DNA of 55,879 nt from Promethearchaeati archaeon (GTDB lineage: Archaea > Asgardarchaeota > Heimdallarchaeia > JABLTI01). Made by a program: the position numbers and the translations under genes. The notes under the pieces are model-generated. The model had not been told where the DNA came from, made no database searches, and saw only the letters and a program-made list of their open reading frames with translations. Below are positions 1 through 8,913 of this stretch, piece by piece (the first letter of the stretch is position 1; every line of letters begins with the position of its first letter). The stretch covers positions 1 to 55,879 of the forward strand of contig JABLTI010000005.1 in assembly GCA_013166835.1 (NCBI GenBank). The letters run 5' to 3'.

Positions 1-206
1 AGAAATTACCTGTTATGGGATTGCTTACAGAATATAAACTTAGTAAAACACAAGAAAGACCAATTAGAGGACTTCGAGGATTAACCTCTATTGAACAATG
101 GTTACCAATCAGTTTATTTACAATGTATTCACTCGGACTCATTGTCCTTTCAGTTATCTTGATTCTTGTAGCAACAGGAGTAATAGCTCAAAGTCCATTC
201 GCTTAA
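1..206 (+). CDS. 3' end of a membrane protein (partial, runs off the window start)
   Basis: Frame is open upstream of the ATG at 15 (K-L-P-V-M); C-terminal hydrophobic helix LFTMYSLGLIVLSVILILVATGV. Confidence 0.55.
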   Translation, partial: KLPVMGLLTEYKLSKTQERPIRGLRGLTSIEQWLPISLFTMYSLGLIVLSVILILVATGVIAQSPFA

Positions 207-208
207 AT

Positions 209-616
209 TCAACGAGAATCATTTTCCATTAACTCTATAATGGCTTTGTGAATGGATCTAGAACTCCATCGAACTAATTTATCAGCGTAGGTTTTAACAA
301 ATTTAGAAATTCGTTTTTGTCCTCTGGGAATAACACCCAAAACAGGTTTCCTATAAACATTAGCTATAAGTACTTCTTTTTGAATCCACTCACTGTAAGA
401 AGGGTACATACTAGCAATGACAATTAACACATGATCACAAAGTTCTTTAATTAATTCTTTATCACCATCAGCAGAAAGAGGATTATGTTCAGGAACACTA
501 TAATTATAGAATACAAAATTGTCTATCTTCTTGAGTAAATTAATTAAGCTAATATAATCATCATTGTGATCCCAAGAATGACTGATAAAAAGCCTTACAA
601 TTTTTTCAGAAGACAT
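209..616 (-). CDS. Stand-alone TIR-like domain protein (MTH538/DUF1863, ThsB-like)
   Basis: Motifs RLFISHSW, NYSVP, YSEWIQKEV (putative catalytic Glu), KPVLGV, W..RSI..AI. Start placed at the ATG at 616 (MSSEKIV) rather than 718. Confidence 0.8.
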   Translation of the reverse strand: MSSEKIVRLFISHSWDHNDDYISLINLLKKIDNFVFYNYSVPEHNPLSADGDKELIKELCDHVLIVIASMYPSYSEWIQKEVLIANVYRKPVLGVIPRGQKRISKFVKTYADKLVRWSSRSIHKAIIELMENDSR

Positions 617-810
617 ATTTTTACAGGTTCCATTGAAATTATTATTAGATTTTTTAGTAAGAATCATTTGTTGTATTTTAAACCTAGTAATTAAATTTAT
701 CTGAAAAGTTGGATACAATATTTTCTAATAATTTCATTGTGCTTTTACCTTAGAAATAAAGGCAAGGAACTTTAAACAAATGGTTCTAATATAGAATTAG
801 GTGAAATTAT

Positions 811-1206
811 TTGGTCGATATTTTGAAAAAAGAAGTCACAAAGGATTTTGATGCTGCAGTTGAGCATATAGTAAAAGTTGTTGAAAAGGAAGGATTTACA
901 GTGATGCTCACAAAATCTATTGACGGAATTCTTAAGAAAAAATTAGGAATTACAGATTATCCACGGTATACTTCTATAATGGCTTGTGGTCCTGAATTAG
1001 CAAAAATGGCTTTGGATGCATCTCTCAATGTAGGTCTAGTCTTTCCTTGCAGTTTTGTAGTCTATGAAGAGAATGAAAAGATCTATGTATCTCATGTTTC
1101 AATTATGAAAATGGCTAAGGAACTCGGTCTCGCATCAGCAGAAGCTATGGATCCTATTATTGAAATAACTAGTAAAATGGTTCACAAAGCTTGGGAACAA
1201 TTCTAA
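811..1206 (+). CDS. DUF302 domain protein
   Basis: EGF..M...I...LKKKLG..Y....AC.P..A..AL.....GL.FPC..VVYE pattern; GGTGA RBS before the TTG start. Confidence 0.8.
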   Translation: MVDILKKEVTKDFDAAVEHIVKVVEKEGFTVMLTKSIDGILKKKLGITDYPRYTSIMACGPELAKMALDASLNVGLVFPCSFVVYEENEKIYVSHVSIMKMAKELGLASAEAMDPIIEITSKMVHKAWEQF

Positions 1207-1319
1207 ACATTTTTCTTTTTATTTTTTTTACATCTACATCAGACTAAGGTTATTGATTTCATTTGATTAGCTTAAAATAATCGATTGAATAAAAATTACT
1301 TAGATTATGGTGAAACTAA

Positions 1320-1733
1320 GTGAATGAAAACATATATCGTCGTCGAACATTTAGAAGACTTTGGAGTTCTTGGAGCTCATTTTTCTTTATGTTCTTTTTC
1401 TTCTATATTATTGGAGATTTGATTGCTGACTGGTGGGATAATCCTACCTGGATGTGGATAATTCTAGCATTTTCCTTATTCTTTGCAGTAATGAGTACAA
1501 TTAGAGTACTAATTTTTAGAAGTTCAAGAATTTCTCCTAATGCAGGAACAAGATATTACACTTCGAGTTCCGTTGATCCGGATTATATCCCAGAGAGTGA
1601 TCCACAACATCTTCCTGCTCAACCAGAACGCCTAGTTACAAAACAAAGTAAAACGTTTTGTAAATACTGTGGAAATAGTATCGAGAACTCAGCGCAATAT
1701 TGCGCTAATTGTGGTGCAATGGTCGAGGAGTAA
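1320..1733 (+). CDS. Two-TM membrane protein with C-terminal zinc ribbon
   Basis: Two hydrophobic segments; FCKYCG...YCANCG zinc ribbon at the C-terminus; GGTGA RBS. Confidence 0.75.
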   Translation: MNENIYRRRTFRRLWSSWSSFFFMFFFFYIIGDLIADWWDNPTWMWIILAFSLFFAVMSTIRVLIFRSSRISPNAGTRYYTSSSVDPDYIPESDPQHLPAQPERLVTKQSKTFCKYCGNSIENSAQYCANCGAMVEE

Positions 1734-1847
1734 TTCTTCTTCTCCTTTTTCTTCTTTATCCACGAATATATCGCATTATCATAATAATAGCAATTATTTT
1801 TAATGAGAAATCACATGAGGGATTATTGAATTGGTGTGGACAACAAG

Positions 1848-2006
1848 ATGAAATGCCCAAAATGTAAAAATAGTGATATTTTTGTCATGGAAGCTCAAAG
1901 AAGTTCTTATGATATTTTAACATGTAGTGGCAGTACATCGACTAGTTTTGCGATACTTAGAAGATTTAGATGCAAAGAATGTCTCCATGAATGGGAGAAA
2001 AGTTAA
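1848..2006 (+). CDS. Unannotated 52-aa zinc-ribbon microprotein (CPKC...CKEC)
   Basis: Hand translation MKCPKCKNSDIFVMEAQRSSYDILTCSGSTSTSFAILRRFRCKECLHEWEKS; GGTG upstream; fills the intergenic gap. Confidence 0.7.
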   Translation: MKCPKCKNSDIFVMEAQRSSYDILTCSGSTSTSFAILRRFRCKECLHEWEKS

Positions 2007-2009
2007 GAA

Positions 2010-2540
2010 TCAATCAAAAGTGATTTGAGGACTTGTGGTAGTTGGAGTATCACTTTTAATAGCAATGTTTTGAACCTCAATCTCACCGGAATAAATTGAA
2101 TTATAGTTTTTAGTCATAGTATCATAATTAACGATGTTATAGTTTTCCGGTCCGAGAGCATACAAGATATAGAGAAGAACTTCTGACAAATCTTTGAAAT
2201 AGGATCCTTTGACAGTTTGTAATATATCATATTTTTTGCCATTTGGTTTTCTAATAAACAATAAGCTATTACTGGTAAATGGCCTTATTCCTTGACCTTC
2301 TATATAACTAAGAGCAATTCTATCGACGAAGCGACCACATTTTGTACAAGTAGGTAGTAAGTCTCCACCTCTAAATTTACTATAGGCAAGACCCAATTTA
2401 CATAATGAATACACATCGCAGTGATCACAATAATAAGAATCATGAAGTTTTCTTTCACTAAAACGACTTACTTTTATCATTCTATCAAGAGATGGACAAC
2501 TGAAGCAGGGAGAATCACAGTGTAGAAAAATTTCTTCCAT
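2010..2540 (-). CDS. Cys-rich hypothetical protein (probably zinc-binding)
   Basis: CDSPCFSC, CDHCDVYSLC and CTKCG clusters. Confidence 0.6.
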   Translation of the reverse strand: MEEIFLHCDSPCFSCPSLDRMIKVSRFSERKLHDSYYCDHCDVYSLCKLGLAYSKFRGGDLLPTCTKCGRFVDRIALSYIEGQGIRPFTSNSLLFIRKPNGKKYDILQTVKGSYFKDLSEVLLYILYALGPENYNIVNYDTMTKNYNSIYSGEIEVQNIAIKSDTPTTTSPQITFD

Positions 2541-2691
2541 TTTTTTATTCCTTCCTTAATTAAGACCCAACTCTAAGTATAAACGTGGGTATTTAATGAC
2601 AGATATTGTAGTAATGTTTCACCATTTCCTTTTACATGTACTAAATTTGGATAAAATAAATCTTATTAAATCGGTAAATGCATATTTTTGA

Positions 2692-3486
2692 TTGACAATG
2701 ACGGATAATTGGCTAAACAAAATCTATCAAATGGATTGTATCAAAGGTATGAATGAGGTTCTCCCAGCTAAATCCATAGATGTCATTGTAACTTCTCCTC
2801 CGTATAATATCAATGTTGATTATAATAGCTATAATGACAATCGGCCATTTAACGAATACCTTGATTGGTTAGATAGGATAGCTCAAGGATGCTCCAGAGT
2901 GCTAAAAGATGAGGGATCCTTCTTCTTCAATATAGGTGATCGACCTTCTGATGAATTACGTTCACTTACGGTTGCTCAAAAGATTGCACAACATTTCAAA
3001 TTGCAAAATACCATTCATTGGGTAAAATCCATCGCTATTCCGGAAAAAGACATCAATATTGGTCACTATAAACCTGTGAATTCTCAACGTTACCTAAATA
3101 ATTCCCACGAATACATTTTTCATTTCACAAAACAGGGAGATGTTGAAGTCGATAAATTAGCTATTGGGGTCCCATATGCCGATAAGAGTAATATTGGTCG
3201 ATGGAAAAAGGCTCAAGAAGATTTGCGAGGAAGAGGTAATCAATGGTTTATACCTTACGAAACAGTTCAAGAGAAGAAAAAACATCCAGCAATGTTTCCT
3301 GTTCAACTTCCTGAAATGTGTATAAAATTACATGGTTTAGCGAAAAGTAAACCACTCATCATACTTGATCCTTTCATGGGTGTTGGAACAACAGCTCTTG
3401 CTGCTAAAAAACTGGGATGCAATTATGTTGGATTTGAAATAGACTCAAATTATATTGAATTGGCTTTAGAAGCCTTAAAGTTCTAG
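2692..3486 (+). CDS. Orphan site-specific DNA methyltransferase (N4-C/N6-A, beta class)
   Basis: Catalytic motif IV TSPPY precedes SAM-binding motif I LDPFMGVGTT; HPAMFP motif; GFEID. Confidence 0.9.
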   Translation: MTMTDNWLNKIYQMDCIKGMNEVLPAKSIDVIVTSPPYNINVDYNSYNDNRPFNEYLDWLDRIAQGCSRVLKDEGSFFFNIGDRPSDELRSLTVAQKIAQHFKLQNTIHWVKSIAIPEKDINIGHYKPVNSQRYLNNSHEYIFHFTKQGDVEVDKLAIGVPYADKSNIGRWKKAQEDLRGRGNQWFIPYETVQEKKKHPAMFPVQLPEMCIKLHGLAKSKPLIILDPFMGVGTTALAAKKLGCNYVGFEIDSNYIELALEALKF

Positions 3487-3547
3487 TTTAATTTTTCAAA
3501 ATTAACTGTTTTTCTCGAAAAAAGGGTCATATACTTAGTGTGCGATA

Positions 3548-3562
3548 GTCACAACTTGTGAC
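3548..3562. promoter_or_regulatory. Palindrome GTCACAA-C-TTGTGAC, possible operator
   Basis: Perfect 7-bp inverted repeat in the intergenic region upstream of the beta-helix gene. Confidence 0.35.
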
Positions 3563-3777
3563 CTCGACTTGAGTTCTAAAAAAGTGAATCTACCTTTTAA
3601 ATAAGAATAGTATAGTAAACATAAGAACAAAACTCATGGAGTAAGAAAAAAAATGTATAAAAGACAAAAAATTAAGAAACAAATCAAAAAGGAAATCGAG
3701 CGAACACGAATGAACATGTTGCTCATAAACGGTCGCTCCTGATTTCATTTTTCTAAAAATAAAAAGGTGATTAAGAA

Positions 3778-4941
3778 ATGTCCGTGGAAAAAATCGAATC
3801 CGGAAAAACAATTGAGCTAGATACAGTGAACAATAATCTTGAGCTTGGTGATGGAGTTACTCTTGTAGCCAAAAAGGAAACTATTGTTATTAAGGGATCA
3901 ATCGTTAGCAGAGGTAGTATTGAAGTTGAAGGTAACTTAGAAGTTGCCAGCATCAGGTGCAAACGAGGCGGTCTTGAAATTGAAGGCGATTTGAAAGTTG
4001 CCAAGTATGTCAAAATTGACAAACGTCTTATTGTAGAAGGGTCTTTAATCTGTCCAGAAGTTGGCGTTGGTGGTACTCTTGAAGTCACTGAAGAAATTCA
4101 AAGTGATGATGTTAAAGTCGGTGGTTCCGTTAAATTATATGGTAACACTGCAGTTGAAACTATTCAAGTTGGTGGTACTCTAAAAGTAGAAGGTGACAGC
4201 AATATTGGAACTATTTCTGTTGGCGGATCTGTTACATTAGAAGGTGAAACAGAGCTAGAATCCCTAAGAGTTGGTGGAACAGGTAGAGTTAATGCTGGTA
4301 AAATTGGCTCTGTTAAAATTGGTGGATCCTTTAAAGCAGAAAGCGAAGTAGAAGTTGAATCAATTGATGTTGGTGGTTCCGTTAAATTAGAATCAGATTC
4401 CAAGGTTGGTCAAGTTAGTGTAGGTGGATCCTTCACAGCAGAATCCGAATTAGAATTTGATACAATTAGAGTTGGTGGAACTGTAACATTAGAGAGTGAT
4501 AGTAAAGGTGATACAATTTCTGTTGGCGGGTCATTAAAAGCTGACAGTGATTTAGAGCTTACAGGGAAACTCAAAGTAGGTGGAACTGTTTCATGCGAAG
4601 GTAATGTAGTCGTTGATGAAGTATCTGTAGGAGGAACTTATAAATCTGCAAGCACAAAAGCAAAGTACTTTAAGATTGGTCGAAGAGGAACTGTCATTGG
4701 TCCAGTTCAAGCAGATAAAATTGTAATTTCCGCTCGTGCAACTGTTGAAGATTTATACGGTGGAGAAATCATTCTCGAAGAACGAAGCCGAGCTAAAAAC
4801 GTCTATGGTGATTCAATTTACATTGAAGAAGGAACTCGAATTCTAGGTGAAATACAATATACAGAGGAAATTTCACTCGAACCAAATGTTCACTTGAATT
4901 CCGAACCAAAGAAAACCAAAGGTCTTCCAAGACTAGATTAA
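3778..4941 (+). CDS. Beta-helix repeat protein, bactofilin-like / polymer-forming cytoskeletal family
   Basis: Roughly 14 tandem ~17-aa repeats centred on (V/I)GG(S/T); acidic, no TM segment; GGTGA RBS. Confidence 0.7.
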   Translation: MSVEKIESGKTIELDTVNNNLELGDGVTLVAKKETIVIKGSIVSRGSIEVEGNLEVASIRCKRGGLEIEGDLKVAKYVKIDKRLIVEGSLICPEVGVGGTLEVTEEIQSDDVKVGGSVKLYGNTAVETIQVGGTLKVEGDSNIGTISVGGSVTLEGETELESLRVGGTGRVNAGKIGSVKIGGSFKAESEVEVESIDVGGSVKLESDSKVGQVSVGGSFTAESELEFDTIRVGGTVTLESDSKGDTISVGGSLKADSDLELTGKLKVGGTVSCEGNVVVDEVSVGGTYKSASTKAKYFKIGRRGTVIGPVQADKIVISARATVEDLYGGEIILEERSRAKNVYGDSIYIEEGTRILGEIQYTEEISLEPNVHLNSEPKKTKGLPRLD

Positions 4942-4947
4942 GCTATT

Positions 4948-4990
4948 AATTTCTACCAATCCAGGTAGAAATTCTCATTTTTCTTTTTTT
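4948..4990 (+). terminator. Hairpin plus T-tract between convergent genes
   Basis: AATTTCTACC-N6-GGTAGAAATT followed by a long T-run. Confidence 0.5.
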
Positions 4991-5419
4991 TTATGCTTCA
5001 GGATCTAATCGTTTTGAGTAATAAGCTATTTCTTCTGAATATTGATAATTTTCTTTTTCAAAGAAAGCTCTAGATGGGATATTATCATCTTTTATTAGTA
5101 GAGCAATAACTTCTATTCCTATTTCATAAAGTGATTTTTCCGCAGCATGCAGGAGTTTCGTCGCAATTCCTTCCCTTATTCTTGATGGTTTTGTAGCCAA
5201 TCGGTTTATCCAACCTTTTCTGGTATCATGGGTAACAAGAACAACTCCAACAATCTCCCCAGATTCTTCAGCAACTAACATCCAAAGATTCGGTTCATTT
5301 AGTTGTTTGATTAAGTTTTCCGGAGCATCTCTCCCTTTTGGACGAATTGGCAATCCAGACTTATCCCAGATATCTATTATAACGTCTATGTCTTCTTTTG
5401 TCGCTCTACGTATCTTCAT
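4991..5419 (-). CDS. GNAT family N-acetyltransferase (YpeA-like)
   Basis: MKIRRAT, HDTRKGWINRLA, REGIATKLL (motif A), N..SRAFFEK. Confidence 0.85.
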   Translation of the reverse strand: MKIRRATKEDIDVIIDIWDKSGLPIRPKGRDAPENLIKQLNEPNLWMLVAEESGEIVGVVLVTHDTRKGWINRLATKPSRIREGIATKLLHAAEKSLYEIGIEVIALLIKDDNIPSRAFFEKENYQYSEEIAYYSKRLDPEA

Positions 5420-5459
5420 GATTAAAAAATAAAATCGTGCTAATTTAAAAAATTAGAGG

Positions 5460-7586
5460 TCATTTAATCTTCATTTGAGTGATTATATCACCAATTTCTT
5501 CATCAAGTATTGAAGTTAGTTGAGAGATAACAACAGGCACTTCTACCACACGCTCAGCAAGGGCATTTGCCCATAGTCTAATTTCTGCTGTTGCTTCTGT
5601 GGCTATAACTGCAACTATGCCGTTCTTTATCGGTTGAACTGTTATCAAGAATTTTTCATATAGAACTTCTCGTAATCTCCCCTCATCTTTTCCTTCAACA
5701 ATGCTTTCAGATAATTGGTTAATTGCTGTTAATAAACCGGAAAGAATCATTTTATCTGTTTTGAGATTAGAACCAAGATTAGTGTAAATCGGAACGCCAC
5801 TCTCTGTGATAATTAGAACTCCCAAAACTGAAGTATCTTTTGGTTTTCGTTCTGCAAGTTTAAATGATAACATGGTTTTAAACTGAGGGAGGATGTATTT
5901 AAACACGCTTTCAAGATCAAGTTCCATTTTCCCTTCGTTTTGAGCTTTGCTAATACTCTCTTCAATTGTTTTAATATCTTCTTTCCATTTTTCGTAATCT
6001 ATTTCTTTTTCTAATCTCTTCACTTCTTTGATATCTTTCTTAGCTTGCTTGAATTGTCCTTTACTAGCTCGAAGTAAAGCTCGAATAATCAAACCTAAGG
6101 ATAAGATTTGATTGTGTTTATTTTCAACTGCGAGTTGAATTGCAGTATCTATGTAATTTAATGCCGAATTCAAAATGTTTGGTTGCTCTTTTAATTTATA
6201 CCTTTGTAGAAAAACAGCTGCTAGAAGAATATTATTTGAAAGAATTAAATCCAGATCCTTAGATTGTCTTGCAAGTTCTAAGGAAGTAAGAAGATATTTT
6301 ATTGAATGGGAAAAGTTCTGTTCTAACATCTCATTATAACCGAGCAAATAATCTACTTGGGCATTAACGGAGATAGTTTGTAGTTCCTTGGATAAGGATC
6401 TTATCTCTTTAAAGTATTCAGGAACTTTTTCTAATTGTTCAGTACGAAGGTAATAGTGTATTAATTCAAACAAAATAAATGCTTTAAACAAAGAAGTCTC
6501 TTTTCTCTGAATTTCATAGGCATGAAGAAATGATTCTTCAGCTCTAGGATCACCGGTTAAATAATATAAATTGCCCATTTCTGTAAGATAGAGATAAGGC
6601 CACTTACCAGTAGAATCCTTATAGAGTTTTATAGCACGTTCCATCATTGATTTAGCAAGCAGGATTTTTCCTTCTATGAAATACGATTCCGATAAATTAC
6701 CTATGGCAATAGACAATCGATAATTATCGTTATATTTTTCATATTCTGCCATTAATACCTCAAAGCATTTTATACCATTTACATTATCACCGAAATAGCT
6801 ATGGATAGCCCCATTCAAATTTAAAAAGTCTGTATAAGAGAAATAAAATCTATACTTATTGATGTATGGCTCTAGAAAAGTAATCATTTCATTGATATTG
6901 GATTCCGCACCTGAATGAAGTAACCACCAAATCACATTTACAGCAGTATCTTGTAAACCAAAAATCTCCACAATATTTGTTGTCTCGAGTAAACGTTTAT
7001 TGAGGTTCTTATAGAGTTCCTTTAAAACAGCGACGTCGCCTTGTTGTCCATAGACCCAGGAACGAATTGAAAATACAAAAGCTTCCATTTCATGAGTGAA
7101 ATCAGATCTCGTTATGAGTGCTTTTGCTAGTTTGTCAACTGTTAATCTTGTTGCCTGGTAATTTGATGGATCTTCCTCAAAATATGCGATAAGTAAGTCA
7201 AGGTAAGGATGTTTTATTTCTTTGAGGAGTGATATGTAATCCTCAGTGGCTTTCATTTTCTGAGTTAAATAGGAACTCAAACAAGCAAGCTGAAAAGCTA
7301 CTTCTTGATTTAGCATCAATTTATTTTGTATAAAATCCCTTTTCTTTCTAATTTTGCTTTGTGTTCTAAGCTTTGCAAAAGGACCTTTTGAAGAAACGTC
7401 AATTTTCATCTTTTGCATTTCTTCTAATTCCTTCCTCTCTTCGAGAACCTCACCAAGAACCAGACTAACGCCTTTCTGTAATCGATCAGCTGGATTAAGG
7501 TCAGTTTGATGGCTTATAGCAGATTGTAAACGGTCTTTGACATCCATGGGAAAACGAGTTATAAAGGAGTCAAAGAGTAACTTCAT
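5460..7586 (-). CDS. TPR-repeat protein with C-terminal longin/roadblock-like domain
   Basis: Helical TPR-like repeats (AIGNLSESYF.EG, MGNLYYLTGD); C-terminal GVLIITESGVPIY...LSGLLTAINQLSESI pattern typical of Asgard longin/roadblock-fold domains. Confidence 0.65.
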   Translation of the reverse strand: MKLLFDSFITRFPMDVKDRLQSAISHQTDLNPADRLQKGVSLVLGEVLEERKELEEMQKMKIDVSSKGPFAKLRTQSKIRKKRDFIQNKLMLNQEVAFQLACLSSYLTQKMKATEDYISLLKEIKHPYLDLLIAYFEEDPSNYQATRLTVDKLAKALITRSDFTHEMEAFVFSIRSWVYGQQGDVAVLKELYKNLNKRLLETTNIVEIFGLQDTAVNVIWWLLHSGAESNINEMITFLEPYINKYRFYFSYTDFLNLNGAIHSYFGDNVNGIKCFEVLMAEYEKYNDNYRLSIAIGNLSESYFIEGKILLAKSMMERAIKLYKDSTGKWPYLYLTEMGNLYYLTGDPRAEESFLHAYEIQRKETSLFKAFILFELIHYYLRTEQLEKVPEYFKEIRSLSKELQTISVNAQVDYLLGYNEMLEQNFSHSIKYLLTSLELARQSKDLDLILSNNILLAAVFLQRYKLKEQPNILNSALNYIDTAIQLAVENKHNQILSLGLIIRALLRASKGQFKQAKKDIKEVKRLEKEIDYEKWKEDIKTIEESISKAQNEGKMELDLESVFKYILPQFKTMLSFKLAERKPKDTSVLGVLIITESGVPIYTNLGSNLKTDKMILSGLLTAINQLSESIVEGKDEGRLREVLYEKFLITVQPIKNGIVAVIATEATAEIRLWANALAERVVEVPVVISQLTSILDEEIGDIITQMKIK

Positions 7587-7721
7587 AATACTAAATCTTG
7601 AACTAGAGAGAATATAAGAATTATTTAAGTGACAAAAAAAATTTAAAGCATTGAAAAAGCTTTTAACTGAAATTAAATGTTAAAAGTAAATTGAAAACTA
7701 ATAGCTTTTGGTGAATCATAA

Positions 7722-8849
7722 TTGAAATTAAACATTGATGAATTCGGAAAATGGTGCGATGCATTTGGTCCTTCTGGTTTTGAGCAAGAAGTAGCAATTC
7801 TTGTGAAAGAATATACTGAACCTTTTGCAGATGAAATTTTACAAGATAGAACAGGTTCTATTATCTTTAAGAAAGGAAATAAAGGACCTAAAGTTATGCT
7901 TGCTGGTCACATAGATGAAGTTGGCTTCATGGTTTCAGGAATCAGTAAAGAGGGTTTTCTAACCTTTAATCAACTCGGTGGGTGGTGGGATCAAGTTCTT
8001 CTCAGTCAAAGAGTTGTTATTAAGATCCGAGATGGAACTAAAATCAAGGGAATCATAACATCTAAACCACCACATATTCTAAGTGCTGAGGATCGTAGCA
8101 AAGTTGTTACTAAAGACAAGATGTTTATTGATGTCGGTTGTAAAACCAAGAAAGGTGTTGAAGCTCTTGGAATTAAAATGGGTGATCCGATTATTCCTGA
8201 TGCCACTTTTGAATTAATTAATAGAAAACAATTCGTAAAAGATGAAGTTTCTGGAAAATTCAAGGAAAAAGAAGTCACTCTTGCAGTTGGAAAGGCTTTC
8301 GACGATCGACTTGGAGCTTTTATTATTTCTGAAGTTTTGAGGAAAATCAAGGAAGATAATATTGAACTTCCCAATACTCTTTACGGAGCTGCTACAGTAC
8401 AAGAAGAAGTTGGTCTTCGTGGTGCAAGAACATCAGCACAGATGATTCAACCTGATGTTGGTTTTGCACTTGAAGTTGATATCTCAGGTGATGTTCCAGG
8501 AGTAGACAGCACAAAAATGACAGCCTCTATGTCTAATGGACCTTCAATTTTAGTTGCAGATGGGTCTATGTTGCCAAATCCTAATTTGAAGCATTTTGTT
8601 ATGGATGTTGCTAAAGAAATGGGTATGGATGTTCAGTTATCAATCATAGCTAGAGGAGGAACAGATGCTGGTGTCATACATATTACAGGTAGCGGATGCC
8701 CAAGCTTAGTACTTGGAATCCCAACAAGACATATTCACTCCCACTATGGTATACTTGATGTAGCTGACCTCGAGAAATGCGTTGATTTATTGATTGAAAT
8801 CCTTAAACGATTAGATCAGAAAACAATCGATTCATTTACTAAAATTTAG
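7722..8849 (+). CDS. M42 family metallo-aminopeptidase (TET/Frv-like)
   Basis: GPSGFE, AGHIDEVG, KAFDDR, VQEEVGLRGA, GGTDAG, RHIHS motifs. Confidence 0.93.
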   Translation: MKLNIDEFGKWCDAFGPSGFEQEVAILVKEYTEPFADEILQDRTGSIIFKKGNKGPKVMLAGHIDEVGFMVSGISKEGFLTFNQLGGWWDQVLLSQRVVIKIRDGTKIKGIITSKPPHILSAEDRSKVVTKDKMFIDVGCKTKKGVEALGIKMGDPIIPDATFELINRKQFVKDEVSGKFKEKEVTLAVGKAFDDRLGAFIISEVLRKIKEDNIELPNTLYGAATVQEEVGLRGARTSAQMIQPDVGFALEVDISGDVPGVDSTKMTASMSNGPSILVADGSMLPNPNLKHFVMDVAKEMGMDVQLSIIARGGTDAGVIHITGSGCPSLVLGIPTRHIHSHYGILDVADLEKCVDLLIEILKRLDQKTIDSFTKI

Positions 8850-8853
8850 TTTC

Positions 8854-8876
8854 ACAGAAGGATAATCTCCTTCTGT
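8854..8876 (+). terminator. Stem-loop downstream of the M42 peptidase
   Basis: ACAGAAGGA-TAATC-TCCTTCTGT, a perfect 9-bp stem just after the stop codon. Confidence 0.45.
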
Positions 8877-8913
8877 CCATATTTCCTAAAATCTCCGATG
8901 ATTAAAAATCTAC

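Noticed and set aside
3590-3811. Short Phe-rich ORF, and similar ORFs at 43181-43378 and 43998-44192
   Set aside because: Low-complexity translations of AT-rich promoter regions without RBS or motifs.
3771-4403. Antisense ORFs with PPT repeats
   Set aside because: Mirror of the GGT-GGN repeats in the beta-helix gene on the opposite strand.
4948-4973. AATTTCTAC...GTAGA resembles a Cas12a direct-repeat stem
   Set aside because: Single copy, no spacers and no cas genes; its position between convergent genes fits a terminator.
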